64,000 bases of DNA from Trichosphaerium sp. ATCC 40318 (taxonomy: Eukaryota; Protista; Tubulinea): positions 372,001 to 436,000 of the forward strand of contig JALMLS010000015.1 of assembly GCA_038496445.1 (NCBI GenBank). Direction: 5' to 3'. The notes under the pieces were generated by a model, which saw only the letters and a list, made by a program, of their open reading frames with translations, was not told the origin of the DNA and did not search any database. Each line of letters starts with the position of its first letter. Position 1 is the stretch's first letter. Positions 13,781 to 26,207 of this stretch are shown here, piece by piece. Position numbers and translations under genes: made by a program.

Positions 13781-16700
13781 TCAAACGGACACAGCATTAT
13801 TTGTACCATTGCTGGTCGTAGAAGCTTGACATCTCTTAACTTTCTGGCTGTGACTTGCTTGTATCGCATACTTATGTCCAAAAAGAGCTATTATTGTAAA
13901 CGCTTTAAAGAATAAATTAGTTGCTTATCATGGAGTAAATCACGTACCTGTTCCTGCCTGTATAAGTAAAGCTACAATCAAGAATGATGTAAAACGCTCA
14001 AGGTTTGCAAATGATAAAGCAAAGGCTATCAAAGCGAAAAAGAATATGTTGTAGATTGAGAAGAATATTACTTTTGACTCGTTGTAGCGTTTAATTGGAA
14101 TCAACCTAACACGGAAAGCAATAACACAACCTACTAGAAGCAGTAATGCCTAGCGCGAGTGAGAAATATTCTTCATTGTTAACGGTGTGCAGTGTTAACG
14201 GTGTGTTAAGTTCGAAGCTTTGAGCGCATGAAAGTTACTTACATTGGTACCAATGATGAGGTATAGAAAAATCTTGTACACCAAATCTTCTTTACATTGA
14301 TAATAATTAAGGCTTTTACGAAGCTCATCAACAATGATGCGCTCTGTTTTGTATGATCCAACTATACTCTTAAAGAAAAGATATCAGCGTCGGCTAACGG
14401 AGAAAACAATTAGGTTAAAAGTACCATGATAATGAGTAAGACAAAATGCACTCCCAAGAGCGCTGCGACCCACATGAAAACTTTGAAGTTTGAGATACTG
14501 AATACTTCTGTGCTCTTGTTCCTCCACAGTCTCTCAACCCTCAACGTTTTTGCGAAAAAGGGCCTTGATAAATGTCAGACTGAATACTAGCTTTTACTTT
14601 TGTCTCGTACCCAAAGAGAAGTATAAAGCCAATGTCGACCATCCATACACGTGCTATACAAGTGAATTCTGATACAATATTTGGCATAAAAAGGAAGGCA
14701 CTAAAGTAAAGAATAATGCTCCCAAGAAGAATGAACCACAGGAATAAAGGAGATGACGCCTTGAAAAGAATAATTAGGTACAACAAACGATCGTTTTTGT
14801 TGTGTCAGGCTTACCATAAATAGGTTTCTTGTGCGCTTTGTGAAAATACGTGTAAAGTATATAAACGCCAAGAATATCGATAGCAAGATGCTCATGAAAG
14901 CAAGAATAATCGCCACAACAGTTACAAACACCTCACTCCAATGTCCTAAATAGGAAAAGTTTAACTAATGCGTTGTTCATAGGAAGGTAGGAGATCTTTT
15001 TGCGTACCGTATTCTTGCTTGAAAATACGTTCTTTCCACGTAGGCATAGGATAAACGAGATCATGAGTTTTAAGACGCTCTGGAGCAATAACTTCTCTTT
15101 TTCCATTTATGTATTGAACGAAAACTCCTTCTCTTTGCTGAACTTGGTCTGCTCCCCATGAATAACGGCCTGCTATTGTATCAAGCTTCATTGAGAATAC
15201 AGCTCTATATAATTCATCTTGGAATAGCAAGAAACCAGCACTGTCAACATTCTCAGTATCCTTACAAAAGTCTTAAAGTGGGTTTGAAGAAAAAAGTCAA
15301 CTGCATTACATTTGCACACGTGCACTCTTTGGTGGTATCAATACTTAGACGACCATTTTCATCGACCTAAATAAACTATCAGTACAACGGCATAAAAAAG
15401 ACAATCACGTTATTTTGTTTTCTTTTGGTCACGTGCCTCAAGTGCATGATCTTTTGCTACCTGTTCTATTCCTTCTTTGACCAGTATTGAAACAATTAAT
15501 GCATACAGATGAAGCTCTGAGGCAGTGACATTAAATCGTTCATATATATCTGAAGTAAACTGGCTCATTGTGCCATAAGTAGTAGCGGAGTAGTCTACAG
15601 AAGGTTCAAACTACAAAAACTATTTTTAGATGACGGTTTTTTTTGATTTTTTCAATTGTTTCGTACAACAGCTATGCCTGATCTGAATTCTCTTAGGTCT
15701 CCATCTATATCCTCTGCAGTGAGAGGAAGTTCGCTTACAAAAGCTACAGAATGAGACAATGAGTTCAGCAATTTGGGAACTGACAACGTACCTTTTGGTG
15801 TATAGTCTATTTCTTTAAAGTAGTTCATAAACGCGTTACCAGTGCGTGCTACTGACATACAAAATATCCAAACATCTGGATCCTCTTCTATGACTATATC
15901 AGCAGTATCTGTGATATTTTTCAAATATGTTGCACTGTAGTCTTCGATGGCTAATCCTGACCTAATGGAATATGCTTGATAGAAAGTTTGAGCGAAATAA
16001 AACCACGTAATACTCTTTTTCTTCACAAAACGCCGAAAACGCGTACTTCTTGTAAGAGGTACAGCATGACGTCCAACAATATTAAACGCATTATCTGTAA
16101 GATACTCTTCGAAAGTTGGACTAATACATCTACTAGCAGCTTCTTCGGCATAAACCAAACTAACATTCTTCGCTCCAGCAAGTCGCAACGAAGATAATGT
16201 AACGCTAGTTTTTAAGTTGAGAAAAAAAATTTTCGTTTCCAAACACAATAATGCCTTTTTCGTTTATCACGTGCGTAGGGATTTCAAAATAGAAACGCAA
16301 AAAACTTTATTACGGTTTGCGTACCTGAATAGGTTTTCGCTTGGTGTAATTATAGAAAGAGAACGTCTAGCACTACCAAAACTAGTGCCAATCCAAAAAA
16401 CTAACTTGTATTAGCGCTACCATCTTCTATCTCACACAACACAAACTTGAACCAAAAAAAAATAACCGTACATCCCGCTAGTTTATTTTCTTCAAGTATT
16501 GTAGCAGCAGCTTTAGAGTTTGTTGTACTAAAAGGACCATAAAATATAGAGGCAGTTTTATCTTTGACGTATTCACTATATAACTTCCTTACAGTTGTTA
16601 TATTGCCACCGTCGTCATCTACTTTAAACTTGAAGTGGAGGTTTAATGTCTTGTCATTTTTGTCTTTTATCTAAATAGTAATTTAACTAACAGCTTATGA

Positions 16701-17005
16701 CTTTCGGTCATACTACAACAGGGTTACGTTCAACCCATTCTTCGACATACTCAAGTCCTTGCCTTGAAAGAAGAGTTTTTAGTTTACTTTCTTACCAAAT
16801 AGTATTATTACCTAGCTGGTTCTGCGATTGCCCCTCTAAAGATTCTACTTGAAAGTGGTAACGACACTCCTAATAAACCGTCAATTTTTTGAAACACGTG
16901 ACACAGTTTTCGTTTTCTCAGACGTATTGTGATGTTCCTTATTTCGTTCGCCTCTATTATGGTTATAAAACACACAAGAAACAATACGAGAATATGTGGC
17001 CTCAT
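13781..17005 (-). CDS. Class C (GABA-B/Grl-like) GPCR with a periplasmic-binding-type ectodomain
   Basis: Signal peptide, LIVBP-like ectodomain (DDDGGN, YGPFSTT, DTIAGRYSW), 7TM with FKASSPLFL, DIGFILLFG, YNESKVIFFSIYN; exact 3' end approximate. Confidence 0.88.
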
Positions 17006-17894
17006 TTGATGTTCGAATAGAAGAATGTTGATTTTTATTGAATGCTACAAATCTTTTAGTTTGTGAACTACGCAGTTTTTACTTTAGAGTAAACACGACA
17101 TAGTAATGTTCTCAAACTACTAATATTTACACTGTTGAATAAATCAAGATGAACACCAAAAAGACAAAGTTTATTCAAGCAGGCGCAGATGAAAGTGGTA
17201 TTTATCACAATGAAACGCATTACAATACCCCAGTTAGAAAAACATAGTTACAATGAGAAACTGCACTTACGTTGTAAGCACTTTCGTGAGGAGTTAAAGG
17301 ACAGTAAGTTGTGATAAATAATAAGCAGCGTTTTTAGTTGAAAAAACTGTCACGTGTAAAATGCAGTTGAGCACATATGGGTGGTTAGAGCAGAAATAAC
17401 AAGCGTTTACATACCTTTTTCCAGTGTTATCTGTTGTAGACATCAGTGGCAACGTATATGTTGCTTGGAGAATGTTAAAAGTGCAGACTAGCAGCGCAAA
17501 ATTGTTGGACAAATTCGGTATAATAATTTCTTGAACGTGTTAAAACATTGCGCAGATTGAGCGGTTGGTGTTACTACTGTACATATCAGTAGCACAGGTT
17601 TTGCTTAAAATATTACTTTCGCAGGTGTGAGAAATTAAGACAATCAGAGAAATTGCAAGGTCTATGTATCAATAGAATGTTTAGTAGCAATTTTATTCTA
17701 TGAACAGCTAGGCGCCTTAGAAGGCATGCAAAGCATTTACATAAACTTCACACTAAGTTTTGCCGGAGGGTTCCATGTAAGGACCAACTTTACTTTAACA
17801 AACTGAGCAAGTAATCGGTAAAGCCAAGCTCTCCTGGACGAATAATTATGTCATTTTCTATTTGACCATAAGCAATAACTGGTATTTTGATTCA

Positions 17895-18495
17895 GCTATG
17901 ACAGATAATTAGCTTTTTCTTCCATACTACATTCAGCATAGTTCTTTTTCAATCTACCATCCTTATGATACATTTTATACTCGCCGGACTTCCCATTAAC
18001 ATAAGATTGGAGTGTATACAGCTTACCATTTGTTCTCCTAAACCTTTTGCTATCTCCATGTATCTTACCGTTCTTATAAAACCTGTGTTCATGTAGGAAT
18101 CCTTTGATTGTCCATGTCTTGAACTCACCATTAAGTACATCATCGATGTAATGACATTGCTTAATCTGAGAACCTCCTTTCCTCCATGTTTTAAGAACTC
18201 CTTGTTGAGCCCACCAGAATAAAACCTTTCGGCCACTTTCTTACCACCGTTGTATCTCATCCATTTACCTTGTTTTTTCAGCTCATTGTCAAACCTTGAG
18301 CACAATGCGGCTTGTTTGGATAGTAATGGCCATTTAAGGTAGGCACTACAATCCAAGTCCATAATATCAAGTTGCAACTCCACTGGGAGCTGAAGAAGAC
18401 TCGTTTTCTCCCGTTTTTGCTTTCTGGTCCTCTAATTAGCGTTAAAACACGGTACAATACCTATATCTCTCACGTACTTTTCGCACCGCTGTCAT
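17895..18495 (-). pseudogene. Frameshifted, truncated F-box/MORN gene; close paralogue of 52456-53715
   Basis: Same 5' intron layout and LPVELQLDIMDLDCSAYLKWPLLSKQAA; 1-nt deletion near 18206 (ctcaacaa vs ctgaaacaa); the shifted frame matches the paralogue then stops early. Confidence 0.75.
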
Positions 18496-18883
18496 GCCGT
18501 TTCTTATTTTTTCAACCGAAGAAAACTCATGTTTTTTCATTCCAATACAATCACCGACATGGAGAAAAGTTTACGGAGAAAACCAACTGCTAGTTGACCG
18601 GACAAGTCAAATGGTAAGTGTAAGTCTTTGAAAATGTGTTTGATCAGCTTCCACGTGTTGTCATCGAGTTCGTCTTTAACGGGTTTTTTATCTGTAACAA
18701 CTGGCCATTCGAGTGTGTAGGTTTCTACCCTTTTTGGTGCGCAGCAATTAAATGACTGCCACATAACCCTAAAGTACAAAATCTCATAGATGTATGGAGC
18801 CAAAATACATGCATTTTACTATTTGAGAGTGGGTTTTAAAGTCTCTGACTAAACAACACAAATTGAAGGATAAGACAAACTAT

Positions 18884-19744
18884 TTAGTACGTTTCAAAGT
18901 CTTGAGTGTCCATATTGTACTGTGAAACTAACAATCCTTCTTTCCAATGCTTACAAATTCCTACAGATTCCCCATTATCGTAATTAGCCTCAATCCTAAG
19001 AGTGCCATCTGTTCTCCATTGCTTACTAGCACCATGAAGTTTACCACATTGGTATGTACATTTTTTGAATAAGATGCCATTTGAATGCCAAGCTGTAAAT
19101 GGTCCATCCATTTCACCGTTTACATAATTAGTATCAACAATGAGTGTTCCGTTGTCATGCCAACTTTGGTAACGTCCTTCAAGCTTATCTTGTTTGTAAT
19201 GACACCTTCTACTAAGCCTTCCATTGTTGTACCATTGTTCAAGTAAGCCATCTCGCTTGCCATTTACATTACTACAAGACATCAATAGTTGTCCATATTC
19301 TGACCAATCCTTACTCTCTCCGTGAGGCAAACCTTCCTCATATTGCCTAAGTAACTTCTGTTGTCCATTGGTATACCAACTTTTAGTAAGCTTTCCATTT
19401 CTGTAAAGAGAACTATGAAACAACGCTCCACCTAGCTCCCACTCTTTGAACTCTCCATGTAGTTGTCCAAGTTCATAGTGAGAACGTCTAAATACGTCAC
19501 CTGTGCCATAATACTCAATACTAGGCCCGTGAAGTTTCCCGTTCTCAAAGTAAGCAACACGAACAAGAAAACCTATGGATAGCCATTTTTTGAATTTTCC
19601 ATGTTTTTTAAGGTCTGTTGTAAACCTTGACGTTGTTGCTAGTTCCCAACATAATAAAGGCCACAGTATGAATAAATCATCGTCTAAATCGGTTAGAATG
19701 AAGTGTATATCAACTGGAAGTTTACAAAGACTAATACTGGCCAT
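18884..19744 (-). CDS. Intronless protein with an F-box-like N-terminus and MORN-variant (YwqK-like) repeats
   Basis: LCKLPVDIHFIL...WPLLC then ~24-aa repeats of the type WYxNGxL...YxNGKLxG. Confidence 0.85.
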   Translation of the reverse strand: MASISLCKLPVDIHFILTDLDDDLFILWPLLCWELATTSRFTTDLKKHGKFKKWLSIGFLVRVAYFENGKLHGPSIEYYGTGDVFRRSHYELGQLHGEFKEWELGGALFHSSLYRNGKLTKSWYTNGQQKLLRQYEEGLPHGESKDWSEYGQLLMSCSNVNGKRDGLLEQWYNNGRLSRRCHYKQDKLEGRYQSWHDNGTLIVDTNYVNGEMDGPFTAWHSNGILFKKCTYQCGKLHGASKQWRTDGTLRIEANYDNGESVGICKHWKEGLLVSQYNMDTQDFETY

Positions 19745-19882
19745 TCGTTGATTTGATGGCAGTACAATCAAAAATAGCGCGTAATTCAGTCAGAAACAGT
19801 CTTCGCGCTCTTTTTTGCTTTTAAATCTGTTCTTACCCGCCAAGCTCATTCCATTGATCAATAACAGCGTCTGGGCGATCTC

Positions 19883-22174
19883 ATGGGTAGCGAAAGCGAA
19901 ATTCCACCAGGTTTCAGCTATTCTCGGTCAGATGAAGAGGGAGATTTGTATAATCTTACGAACTTTACATTCGTAGTCAATAAGGATCGTAAAAAGGTTT
20001 CGTTGGAGCAATTAGAGGAACTTTACAGAAATAAACATAAAGTATTCGGTAAAGGCACCCTTGCGCCACAAATAGGCCAAACAACGCTTCCTGGAACAGG
20101 TACAGAATATTTAGAGCCTTTACACATTTATATTGCCTTAAAGTGCTCAATTGTAACCAATAGCGCGTCATGACATCCATCTAACAGAAGTTTTGGAATG
20201 GAGCGTTGAATTTGGGCCAAAACTAGCAGAATGCGCTATTTGGATCAGAACTGTATTTGGATGGTAAGTAAGAGCTCTGTGCAATTATTACGAAAGTCTC
20301 CGACATTTTTTCCGATTAGGTACCGATTAATAAGACCTGATAAAACATATGAAAGGGTTTACAGACCTCTGTGGAATAAAGTATTCGTTATGATGCACTT
20401 GTATATTACAGCAAAATCTCAGATTGGTTTGCCTGAAGTACTACATAAGGTTAGTCCATAGAGTAACTCATATCTTCAACACGTGTCATTTCTTCTATTT
20501 TTGACATTTGACTCAATTGCAATGTGTCAAAATTATTAGAATTCTTAAGGTTATTTTTCCCCTTTTTTTTTGTGTTGTACTACTGGTAGTACGCTATAAT
20601 TTTGTATGTTGGGAATTTATTTATTGTGTGCTAGTTACAACATAGGCATACTTCAATATGTAGAGAAGATGTATTCCGTTATTGGACGTTTATTGAAGGG
20701 CATTTGAATAATCCAAATAAGTCTTCATCAGAAAAACGAATATTTCAACAACTCGTACGCTGTCACTGTCTATTTATTTATCCAGTACTATGTTCATAAT
20801 ATTCTTAGAAAAGAGCAGCAAGGTCATGGCAAAAGCAAAATAAGGGTATGTTTAACGCACGTAGATTTATGTTAGGTTTCGAAAGGTTTTTCTTTCAGAT
20901 TGCATCAAGATTGTCACATTTTGGGCCGTCTTTTTGGCTTTCACCGACAAAATATTTTGATAGTCTTCGTATTGCCGTGAGTTAGTTGCTAATGTTTTGT
21001 ATTTTGATTTAGATAAAAAAACAGCAATGATTCATTATCCGCTTTATTTGGACGAAAGTCAAGCAAAACCTATTACGTTAACACAAGGGAAGCCTGCTAT
21101 TGTTGTTGCAAAAAAATCTACATTGACCAGTAAAAAGAGAAAGAGAGATAATACACCAGTACCAAAGTCTAAGGCTCCACCGAAAAAAAAAAAGAAAAAG
21201 CTTGAAAAGCAAGAAATTGATGATGACAAACCATATTTCGCAAAGTTGGTTAAAAATGCTTCCATGCAAACAAGGAATAAGCGTGTTTCTTCATCAACAC
21301 GAAAAGGTACAACTTATCCGACCCACGTGTTTATCACGTGATATCGAAAAAAAAAAAGGAAAAAATTTTATTGACTTTCTTCTTTTTTGGAATAGCTGTT
21401 ACTGCTGATATATTGGCACGTGTTAATCCAAAGCTATTCAACAAAGATAAAAAACTAGAGTGTTGGAGATGTGGACTCACCTTTCAACATTTATTGGGTG
21501 ATGGCTTGTATAAGTTTATTGAACACCTACATATGCACAAAGGCTTACTCTCTGGTTCCCTATACGAAGACCAACGCAAGGTAACAACATCCTTTATTCA
21601 CAATCATTGCATCTATCTTACTTTTGTTCTAGAGGTTGAGGTTCACAAGTGTTTTGAACCAAATGCGGATAAGGAACATTATTGAGAGTGTCTTATCTAC
21701 CACAGCTGATCAACATATGATTGCTGAATTTTACGCTAAACCTATTGTTGAAAAAGAAACAGTTGAGTATAAACCTTTTAGACTTGGTTCATTTCCATCA
21801 AAAGGTAGTGGTATACGAAAAGTGATACAGGTTCGTTGCAATATTTTTTGCAAATCTCACCTAGTGCAAACCAAGCAAAACGAAAATCCATTGATTATTT
21901 ATTATGTGTAACAGTAGCATACAATGCACAAAACCTTGCTACAAGACCTTTTTACTGAGCAATTACGTAGGATAGAATTGATGCTGGCGAAATTGTTGTT
22001 AAAAAGAAGAGCGAGTTGAACGAATCAACTACCTCTTTAGTTAATGATGGTGGCGATGTCCCACAAGCTAATATAGAAACTAACAAAGACAAGACAGAAC
22101 AAACGTTCCCTTTATTTGATGACGTTGTTGAAACATCATCACCTGACCTCGAGTTTCTAGACTTTGGCGAATAA
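19883..22174 (+). CDS. DNMT1-RFTS (RFD) domain protein with a basic NLS region and a C2H2-like zinc finger; no methyltransferase domain seen
   Basis: Spliced LTNFTF...VSLEQL...GKGTL...LTEVLEWSVEFG...IWIRTVFGWYRLIRPDKTYERVY fits the RFD pattern; CWRC...HLHMH finger near 21460-21540. Confidence 0.7.
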
Positions 22175-22930
22175 AGAGACAAAGGAAAAAAAAACCATGT
22201 TGATTTTTGTACATTAAAAAGAAATGATCCACTAAACATGTTTTGGTTTTTGGCGTCAATGGTACTATTGTATATCGTTTTGAGTACTCTTGTATTGATC
22301 AAGAAAGGTTTTTTAGATAGAACTACACGTTTAGTCAAAATGAGCTCTTTTGCTCGTGTTAGCTTGTATTTAATCTGTAGTATAGATATGGAACGCCAAA
22401 TGATGTCGCACAGTAAACGCATTTGTAAATTGTTGAATATTGTGGCGTCAACAACTAGTGGATAAATCAAAGACTCGTGGATAAACCAAATATCCGATGA
22501 GCGCATAGCGTCATCTAAGCAGAGTTTACGATCGCTACAAAGTTGTGTAGCTAAAGTGCACTGAATAATTTTTTGGGTGTAAACGTTCAGCGCACCACGT
22601 GATCAAAAGATGTTGTAAAAACTACAAAAACATAGCTAACGATAGGGTGCTTATGCAGCCATTACTTTCGGGTACAACACGTGGGTCTTCAATTAAATAA
22701 ACAAAAAGTGCGAAAAAATCCTAATAACCTTTCTTGTTTTGTGGTATCTTGATCTCTTACTTCGCATTTTTTATTTATGACAACGTTGGTAGTAACCTCA
22801 GACATGCATACGTTTGGCAAACTACAATGTGTTTATTATAAAATCCGTTCATTGAAAGAAACCAGAAATTTAGGTCGCCCAATTAAGCCAGGTTCAGAAG
22901 TCCGGAATCAAAAAAATAAAAACTGCCAAC

Positions 22931-23725
22931 ATGACACAACAAGATAAGAATATTTCTATAGTTGTTTTTGGTAGCGGTGGTACTGGTAAAACAGCTATTA
23001 CAGTAAAGTTTGTAAATAATCACTTCGTAGTCGATTATGGTACGCTAAAAACGAAAATAAACCAAACGAAATGTCTTTTTTCTTTGTTCTAAAATTTTTT
23101 TCGAAAAGATCCAACCATTGAAGACGGTTATAGAAAATTGTTCTCCGTTGATGACAAGGTTGTTCTACTTGATATCCTTGATACAGCTGGTGAATCTGAG
23201 TTCTCTGCGTTAAGAAATATGGTACGGAGATAAAGATCTTTTATATCACAATTTTTTTGAAGAATTTCTAAACTTTAAGTTTTTTTCTGTTTTCTGCGTT
23301 TCCCTCCACCTTACACTTTTCGAAACGGTATGAAATATATTTCTGACGCTACCTAGTATATTTCCGCAGCGAAAGGGTTCGTTCTCGTCTACGATATAAC
23401 GCAAAAAAGCACTCTTGATGAACTATCCCAGATTGCAAGAGAAATAAGAGATATATCACGTGATAATGTTGCAATGGTTGTTGCTGGTAATAAGACTGAT
23501 ATTGAAGGCCATAGACAAACTACAAAAAGAGAGGGAGAAATATTTTCGAAAAGTATAAAGGCTTCTTTCTTTGAGACGTCTGCAAAGACTGGTGATAATA
23601 TTGATGCTCTATTTATTGACTTGGTCCGAAAGATAAGAAGACAAGAGAAGAAGGAATCAAAGACATGTCTTTGTATGCAAAAGAATAAGAAGAAATTGCG
23701 AAGCAAGAAATGTAAGGTCCTGTGA
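22931..23725 (+). CDS. Ras-family small GTPase, Q61E variant (2 introns)
   Basis: [40 protein letters not shown]. Confidence 0.95.
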
Positions 23726-24326
23726 AGGAACTTAAAGCCATCAACGATGACAAAACGCCTTCATTTAATCTTAACGGAGATGAAGACAAATTATTTAATT
23801 GTATATTAGAAGAAACAACATTTTTTTGCACGAATAAGATCGCAACTGTATTATAATAAAATCTTTCTTTTTGAATGAACATGCTCATGTATTTAACAAA
23901 TATATTGCGTAGTAACTAATAAATGATGAGTTGCAGGACACTCAAACGAACATTCGCCACTATCTGAAGCTCACTGCTTTCTTTTTATAGTTGGCTAAAT
24001 TGTTCCACAAAAAAAAAGTCGTTTCATGTCAATCATAATTCCTCTGGAAGGCACAGATAGCAACGACTCCTCCTACTAATCGCAAAGGGGGAGCACAAAC
24101 AACCATACAGCTATCACAGAGTGGTACGACTATTTTGAAGTATTTTTATATCTGTTTGACTTTAAACCTGACGCTACATAGATCCTCCGCGTGGAGAACC
24201 CAAAAAGAGTACGTAAACAACCTGAAATTAAGTTTAACAAGATAAACAGTTTCACTACTTTTTCAAGAAGCTAAACGTTTCAATCAATTTTCAATCAATT
24301 TTTGATGTGATGAAGGTAAATCTACC

Positions 24327-24369
24327 GTACTTTCTACACCAGACACACATACTCGCGGGCAATAAAGAA
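24327..24369 (+). repeat. ~43-nt imperfect direct repeat, second copy at 25635-25678
   Basis: gtactttctacaccagacacacatactcgcgggcaataaagaa vs gtactttctacaccagccacacatactcgtggggcaataaggaa. Confidence 0.85.
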
Positions 24370-24803
24370 CGCTTCAAAGGCATCAAGTCAAAGTACACAG
24401 CTTTATAGTCATTTTTGTTCCTCACCTTATCAAAAGGCACAGCGTCAGTTAATGTACCTTCTCGTAAGGCTACAAAGAAGGTCTCAACCTTCTTTGAGAA
24501 GTACGTTGCACCCTTTTAAAAGTCTTTCTCTTTTCTTATTCTTACTCTTTATTAGGCAAAACGCGTACTACACCGCAACGAAGGCTACAAAAACGTCTCG
24601 TCAAAATACGGGCATCTTTTTCGCCACTTTTTTCGCAACATGCCGAAAAGGTTCACAGCTAAACAACAAACCCATTGCACCCAATGTTAAGCCCCTTAGC
24701 ACGGGCAGGGCACTACTTCTCCAAAAACAAGTCGTACGATAGTTTTTTAAACGCTGCTTTCTCGTGATTGACATTTTTTCTCAGAAAAACAAAAAAAAGA
24801 AAG

Positions 24804-25697
24804 ATGCCTCCAAGAAGAGGTACCATTCTTTTGTGATCTGTTTTTGTTGACACCTAATAGAAGAAATCCGTAAGTTCAAGAAGGTGAAAATCAAAGGTTA
24901 GTTATCATTACCCAGAGCATATTAAGTACTTACCTCACGTACATAGGACCACTTCATAAGCAGTTCAAGACTGAAATTGACAGACTCACAAGTATTTGAT
25001 AAATAACGTCGATATCCACAAACTGGAAAATCACGCTCGGTATTGTGGTTTTTATACGAATGCAGGTGATTCAGGGATTACAAAACTAAACGAAGTTAAA
25101 AAATACTTGGCAAACACGATAGCCACCCAATCCCAAGCTTGTACGTTTTGATTCAAATAAATGAATTCTTAATCTTTCTACAGATGAATGCCATAAAATG
25201 TTAGTTTTAGCGTTTCGTACGCTACTTAGTGAGCTCTATTGAGGTTCCTGATATCAAGATGTCTACTGGAGACTTAGGGCATCAGCATGGCCAATATTAT
25301 TGTTTACAGTGTTGGCTAGAGCAAAAGATATCATTACCTTACTTACCATCATACGATTTGTAATCCCTCCTTCGGTTTTCTTTGCCTTGACAAGAAAATA
25401 TCTGTTCAAGCATATCTCAGATGAGTATGCACAGATCGAGTGGAACAAACAAGACTGTGAACAAAGCAAACCCTTTCAAAGTATTGTATGCTTTGGAAGC
25501 AATGCTTGAGAGATATGTTTAAACCTGCGCTTGATTTATGTGTAGAGCTAGATTACTCAGCTTTGAAATATACAACAAACCAAGGATATAACAATCCTTT
25601 GAATAGTTGTTCGCCATTTTTTGTACCTTCCACTGTACTTTCTACACCAGCCACACATACTCGTGGGGCAATAAGGAAGACTAAAGGTGCTTGCTAG
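24804..25697 (+). pseudogene. Probable degenerate gene of unknown family
   Basis: ATG with small GT-AG-flanked exons (MPPRR, EEIRKFKKVKIK), then several frame breaks and stops; 3' end duplicated upstream. Confidence 0.35.
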
Positions 25698-26207
25698 TAG
25701 ATTCAAGTAAATCTCCGAATAGTAAATAGAGCTGAAGAAAGCAATGAGCTTCAATTAGTACAAAATCAGCAAAGACTAGTCCGAGTGTACTGTTACCATT
25801 TGCAAGTACACACGTCTCCAGTTTGTAAGGTTCTGCTCTTATTTTAACCCTAAACCTCATGTTATTCATCCCATTGATGCCACATACTTAACAAAAAATA
25901 TTATCAACTTTGTTGAACATGGTTTGCAGGACGCTTTCCACGTGGAAACATTGCAAACTAAGAAAAGTAGAGGCTTTGACGTTTGATAGCACATTACACT
26001 GAATGACATGTACAATTACAGAGACCATTGTTGTACAATGGTTTTTTTGAGCGGCGAATGTTCTAAACACTTTTTTGTGTGGTTTTTTTTTCCATGTCCG
26101 CGGAAGCAATTTAACAAATTACGCTGTAAATACAGTTTGAATTTTGTTGGTAGTTTTCTTAGTGCGTTAGTGCACACTGAAACAATCACCGAGTGCCAAA
26201 CCAACAT

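Noticed and set aside
14178-14208. Short tandem repeat gttaacggtgtg x2 (similar: tttcaatcaat x2 near 24278)
   Set aside because: Two-copy slippage duplications in non-coding DNA; not a CRISPR array or satellite
18481-18490. tcgcaccgct shared with 52443-52452 at the starts of both MORN paralogues
   Set aside because: Only 10 nt and in opposite orientation relative to the two genes; not evidence of element termini
18537-18803. 88-aa ORF between the two MORN genes
   Set aside because: Non-ATG start, no recognisable motif or splice partner; cannot support it as a gene
21952-22506. 184-aa minus-strand ORF and similar antisense ORFs in the track
   Set aside because: Shadow frames overlapping real exons on the opposite strand; no independent motifs
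22480-22600. Possible snRNA (Sm-site-like AATTTTTTGG followed by a small hairpin)
   Set aside because: No U1/U2/U4/U5/U11/U12 signature upstream, and the motif is easily met by chance in AT-rich DNA; an Rfam search would settle it
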